Assembly: GCA_963771835.1 (NCBI GenBank)
Contig: CAVYVA010000001.1
Location: 23,172 to 87,171 of the forward strand
Direction: 5' to 3'
DNA length: 64,000 nt
Source: an uncultured Actinomycetota bacterium
GTDB taxonomy: Bacteria > Actinomycetota > Actinomycetes > Prado026
Notes under the pieces: generated by a model
Databases searched by the model: none
What the model saw: only the letters and a program-made list of their open reading frames with translations
What the model was told of the DNA's origin: nothing
Shown here: positions 60,964-64,000 of the stretch, piece by piece
Position numbering within the stretch: position 1 is the stretch's first letter
Layout of the letters: each line of letters starts with the position of its first letter
Translations under genes and position numbers: made by a program

Positions 60964-62605
60964 GGGCACCTCCTCCGTCCGCGCGCGTCGGGCCCGCCGG
61001 CTCGGTAGCCGGGCCGCCGCGGGAGCGCAGGGTCCCCACCGCCACCTCGACGACCGTACCCCCGCCGTCGCGGGGCGACACCGACAGAGCGGCGCCGAGC
61101 CGGTCCGCCCGTTCGCGCATGATCTCCATGCCGTAACTGTCGGCACGTCCCGGGCCCAACCCGAGCCCGTCGTCCTCGATCCGTAGCAGGGCGCTCGGCG
61201 GGGCGGTCCGGACGGTCACCCACAGGTTCTGCGCCCCGGAGTGCTTGCGGACGTTGGCGATGGCCTCCTGGGCGATCCGCATGAGCTCGGCCTCGGCCTC
61301 CGTGCGCAGCCGCTGGGGCGACTCGTCGAGCTCGATGTGGACGGTCAGGTCGGAGGTCGCGCCGACGGTGCGGACGTGGTCGGACAGGGCGGCGCCGAGG
61401 CTGTTGCTCGCGAGCACCTCGCTGCGCAGGTCGAAGATGGACAGCCGCAGCTCGGAGATGATCCGGGTCAGCTCGCCGCGCAGGTACTGCATCGACTCGC
61501 GCTGCTCGTCGTCGGCCACCCGGTAGGACATGTCGTCCATCACGTAGCCCAGCGAGGCCAGCTCCTGGGCGATGCCGTCGTGGATCTCGCGAGCCAGCCG
61601 GCGGCGCTCCTCGGCGGTGGCGATCTGGCGCACCTCGGAGAACAGCAGGGCCGTCTCGATCCGCAGCGCCGCCTCGTCGACGACGCTGGCCGCCAGCGCC
61701 AGCTCGTCCGGCTGGAACGCTCCCTCCAGCCGTTCCACCCCGACCAGCCCGACCACGCGCACGCCGACCCGCAGCGGCAGCACCGCGGCGAAACCGCCCG
61801 GCTCGTCCGAGAAGGTGCCGGGCTGGCGCTGCGGGAGCCCGGAGCTCCAGGCGAACGCCCAGACCGAGTCGTCGTCGATGCGCGGCACCCAGTCGACCCG
61901 GCTCACCCCGGAGTAGGCCAGCGGGATCAGCCGGCCGCCCTCGGAGCGGGCGTACACCGCGCCCCGGCTGTACGGCAGCGCGGTGCGCAGCGACTCGAGC
62001 GTGGCCTGCCCGAGGCTGTACGCGTCCAGGCCCCCGGAGAGCTGGCGGGACACGACCCGCAGCTGGGACAGGAGCCGGTAGGCGGCGGCGTACGAGGCGG
62101 CCGAGGTGTCCGACGGGTCGGCTGCGCTGAGCCGGACCCGCCGCACCCAGGCGGCGACGGCGCCGGTCCCCAGGGCCAGCACCAGCCACTGGGCCACCAG
62201 CGAGGCGTACGCGCGGCGGTCCAGGATGCGCGGCGTCACCAGCGGGGCGACGGTCAGCGCGAACGCCGCGATGCCCACGGTGGTGACGACCGGCCCGAAC
62301 CCCCACAGCAGGCCGGCCTCGAGGGCCGGCGCGAGCAGGTACGGCAGCCCGATCGGGTCGTCCGCGGCCAGGTAGGAGATGACCGAGGCGGCCGCCGCAG
62401 CCTCGACGTACGGCGCCCAGACCACCGGCCGGCGGGCGGTGGCCAGCGAGCTGATCACCGCGATCGCGAGCAGCAGCAGGAGCACCGGCAGGTGCATGCC
62501 GACGTTGCCCCGGATCACCGTCAGCGAGACGCACAGGCCGTACGCCGCAGCGCGTCCGGCGATGACGGCGCCGCGCGGGTCGGCGATGACCGTCCTCAGC
62601 TGCAC
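60938..62605 (-). CDS. Membrane sensor histidine kinase (TM-GAF-HisKA_3-HATPase)
   Basis: About 5 TM, EERRRLAREIHD, QEAIANVRKH, DDGLG, GMEIMRER, GGTVV. Confidence 0.94.
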   Translation of the reverse strand: MQLRTVIADPRGAVIAGRAAAYGLCVSLTVIRGNVGMHLPVLLLLLAIAVISSLATARRPVVWAPYVEAAAAASVISYLAADDPIGLPYLLAPALEAGLLWGFGPVVTTVGIAAFALTVAPLVTPRILDRRAYASLVAQWLVLALGTGAVAAWVRRVRLSAADPSDTSAASYAAAYRLLSQLRVVSRQLSGGLDAYSLGQATLESLRTALPYSRGAVYARSEGGRLIPLAYSGVSRVDWVPRIDDDSVWAFAWSSGLPQRQPGTFSDEPGGFAAVLPLRVGVRVVGLVGVERLEGAFQPDELALAASVVDEAALRIETALLFSEVRQIATAEERRRLAREIHDGIAQELASLGYVMDDMSYRVADDEQRESMQYLRGELTRIISELRLSIFDLRSEVLASNSLGAALSDHVRTVGATSDLTVHIELDESPQRLRTEAEAELMRIAQEAIANVRKHSGAQNLWVTVRTAPPSALLRIEDDGLGLGPGRADSYGMEIMRERADRLGAALSVSPRDGGGTVVEVAVGTLRSRGGPATEPAGPTRADGGGARVHDGAAR

Positions 62606-62672
62606 GCCACGACGGTCGCACAGCGTCGCGCGGCCGCGCCACGGCGACCCGCCGAAACCACCCTTGCGGCGC

Positions 62673-63497
62673 TCAGCGGCTGCGACGGCGCAGCCGGCGG
62701 CCGCCGCGCGGCGCTGCCGGCCGCCAGTCCTGGAGGAGCTGCGCGACGGCGACCGCGACCGGGTGCTCCGGGTGGTCGACGGCGACCAGCGCCACCCCGG
62801 CCTCGAGATCGGCGCAGTCCGGGACGACCACCGTCACCTGCGCCGCCGTCACCTGCACGGCCGTCACCTGCACCGCGGTCACCTGCACCGCTGGGCCGGA
62901 GTCTGCGCCGTCTCCGGCGCCGGAGCCCGCCGCGGCGTGGTTGAGAACGATGCTGATCCGCTCCGCCGGCACCTGCATGAGCGCCAGCGACTCCAGCGTG
63001 AGGGCCAGCGCCTCGACCGCGGGACCCTCCGGGCTGGTCACGACGACGACCCGGTCCGACATGGCCAGCGCCGTGACGACGGGGTCCTCGAACGCCGCCG
63101 GCGCGTCGACCACGACGTCGGCACCGTCCCGGACGGCCTCCAGCAGGCGTGCCGTGCCGGGCGCGCCGAGCCGGTGCACCCGTACCGCGGCGCCGCCCCC
63201 GAGGCGGGGGGCGGCCAGCAGCCCGGTGAGGCCGGGGGCCAGCGGTGTCAGCAGCGGTTCGACCATGTCCAGCGCCCGGCCCGCTCCGGCGGACCCGGCG
63301 GCCAGCGTGGCGGCGTCGGTCACCGCGCCGGCCGGCTGGACGCCCAGGTCCTGCGCGAGGTGCCCGAGCGCGTCGTCCAGCTCCACCAGGCGGACCGGCT
63401 GGCGGCCGTCCGCCGTCATGGCCGCCGCGAGGTTGGCCGCCAGCGTCGTGGTGCCGACACCCGGGTGGGTCCCGAGCACGGTCACCAGCAGGCCCAT
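62673..63497 (-). CDS. Degenerate ParA/MinD/CpaE(TadZ)-like P-loop protein
   Basis: GTHPGVGTTTLAANLAA, LVELD, VVVDAP, SDRVVVV, IVLN. Confidence 0.7.
   Translation of the reverse strand: MGLLVTVLGTHPGVGTTTLAANLAAAMTADGRQPVRLVELDDALGHLAQDLGVQPAGAVTDAATLAAGSAGAGRALDMVEPLLTPLAPGLTGLLAAPRLGGGAAVRVHRLGAPGTARLLEAVRDGADVVVDAPAAFEDPVVTALAMSDRVVVVTSPEGPAVEALALTLESLALMQVPAERISIVLNHAAAGSGAGDGADSGPAVQVTAVQVTAVQVTAAQVTVVVPDCADLEAGVALVAVDHPEHPVAVAVAQLLQDWRPAAPRGGRRLRRRSR
62833..62891 (-). repeat. 15-bp in-frame tandem repeat x4 (A-V/A-Q-V-T)
   Basis: GTCACCTG recurs at a 15-nt period; protein AVQVTAVQVTAVQVTAAQVT. Confidence 0.85.
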
Positions 63498-63587
63498 GTC
63501 CGGATTGTCCCCTGCCGGGCACCCGGCTCCTGCACCCGTTCGGGTGAGCCGCTGCGATTCGCGCACGGCAGTTCCGTGGTCGGCGGG

Positions 63588-64000
63588 CTAGTCGCGTCCG
63601 GGGTACAGCCCCTCGACGTCGTCCGCGAAGTCCCGCAGGACGACCTGCCGGCGCAGCTTGAGCGTCGGGGTCAGGTGCCCGGCCGCCTCGGTGAAGTCCA
63701 CCTGCAGCACCACGAACCGCTTGATCGCCTCGGCCCTGGACACGGCGAGGTTCGCCCGGTCCACCGCCTCGGCCAGGTCCTCGAGCACGTCCGGGTCCCG
63801 GCTGAGGTCCGAGACGGCTTGCGCGGGGTCGCGGCGGCGGGCGGCGAGCCAGCCGGGGACAGCCTCCGCGTCCAGCGTGATCAGGGCCGCCACGTAGGGG
63901 CGCGCGTCGCCGACGACGATGCACTGCGACACCAGCGGGTGCGCCCGGATGGAGTCCTCCAGGGGTGCCGGGGCGACGTTCTTGCCCGCCGAGGTCACCA
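63588..64000 (-). CDS. Long-chain fatty acid-CoA ligase (FadD15-like), 3' part only
   Basis: TSAGKNVAP, VVGD.RPYV, LTPTLKLRR. Confidence 0.92.
   Translation of the reverse strand, partial: VTSAGKNVAPAPLEDSIRAHPLVSQCIVVGDARPYVAALITLDAEAVPGWLAARRRDPAQAVSDLSRDPDVLEDLAEAVDRANLAVSRAEAIKRFVVLQVDFTEAAGHLTPTLKLRRQVVLRDFADDVEGLYPGRD

Noticed and set aside
813-63924. Many long Arg/Pro/Gly-rich alternative-frame and antisense ORFs (e.g. 8726-11968, 10782-14048, 52250-55852, 58277-61186)
   Set aside because: Shadow ORFs expected at very high GC; they overlap well-supported genes and have no motifs
1-64000. Prophage, IS, integrase, tRNA or rRNA
   Set aside because: No recognisable motifs or structures found by inspection

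Overview
High-GC actinobacterial chromosome segment. Its backbone follows the conserved actinomycete gene order known from M. tuberculosis Rv2187-Rv2219 and the matching Streptomyces region: DUF4191, lipA/lipB, TIGR01777, dlaT, lpdA, pepA, gcvT, cobS/cobT, DUF3043, pspA, nadA, glycerate kinase, HesB/IscA, adoK, cysteine desulfurase, ctaCDF, L,D-transpeptidase, qcrBAC-ctaE, trpD, DEDD/GIY-YIG nuclease, NlpC/P60, GT4, fadD. Several accessory blocks are inserted. The standout is an 8-gene, fully translationally coupled operon (30213->20822, minus strand) under a cobalamin riboswitch. It encodes two surface-anchored proteins resembling the separated alpha and beta domains of transcobalamin, a complete ECF transporter, a PhnP-like metallo-beta-lactamase hydrolase fused in frame to CobU, then CobT and CobS. 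This is a candidate cobamide capture-and-remodelling system with an uncharacterised enzyme. Other notable items: a perfect loop-less 56-bp palindrome, a 35-bp palindrome before a secreted RCC1 protein, PafBC-type promoter motifs, a c-di-AMP riboswitch before NlpC/P60 in a G/T-skewed tract, a membrane pseudokinase, and an orphan Flp pilin/two-component/CpaE-like locus. About a dozen small frameshifts in conserved genes (lipA, dlaT, cysteine desulfurase, qcrB, ctaE and others) look like long-read indel errors. No rRNA, tRNA, CRISPR array or transposase was seen.
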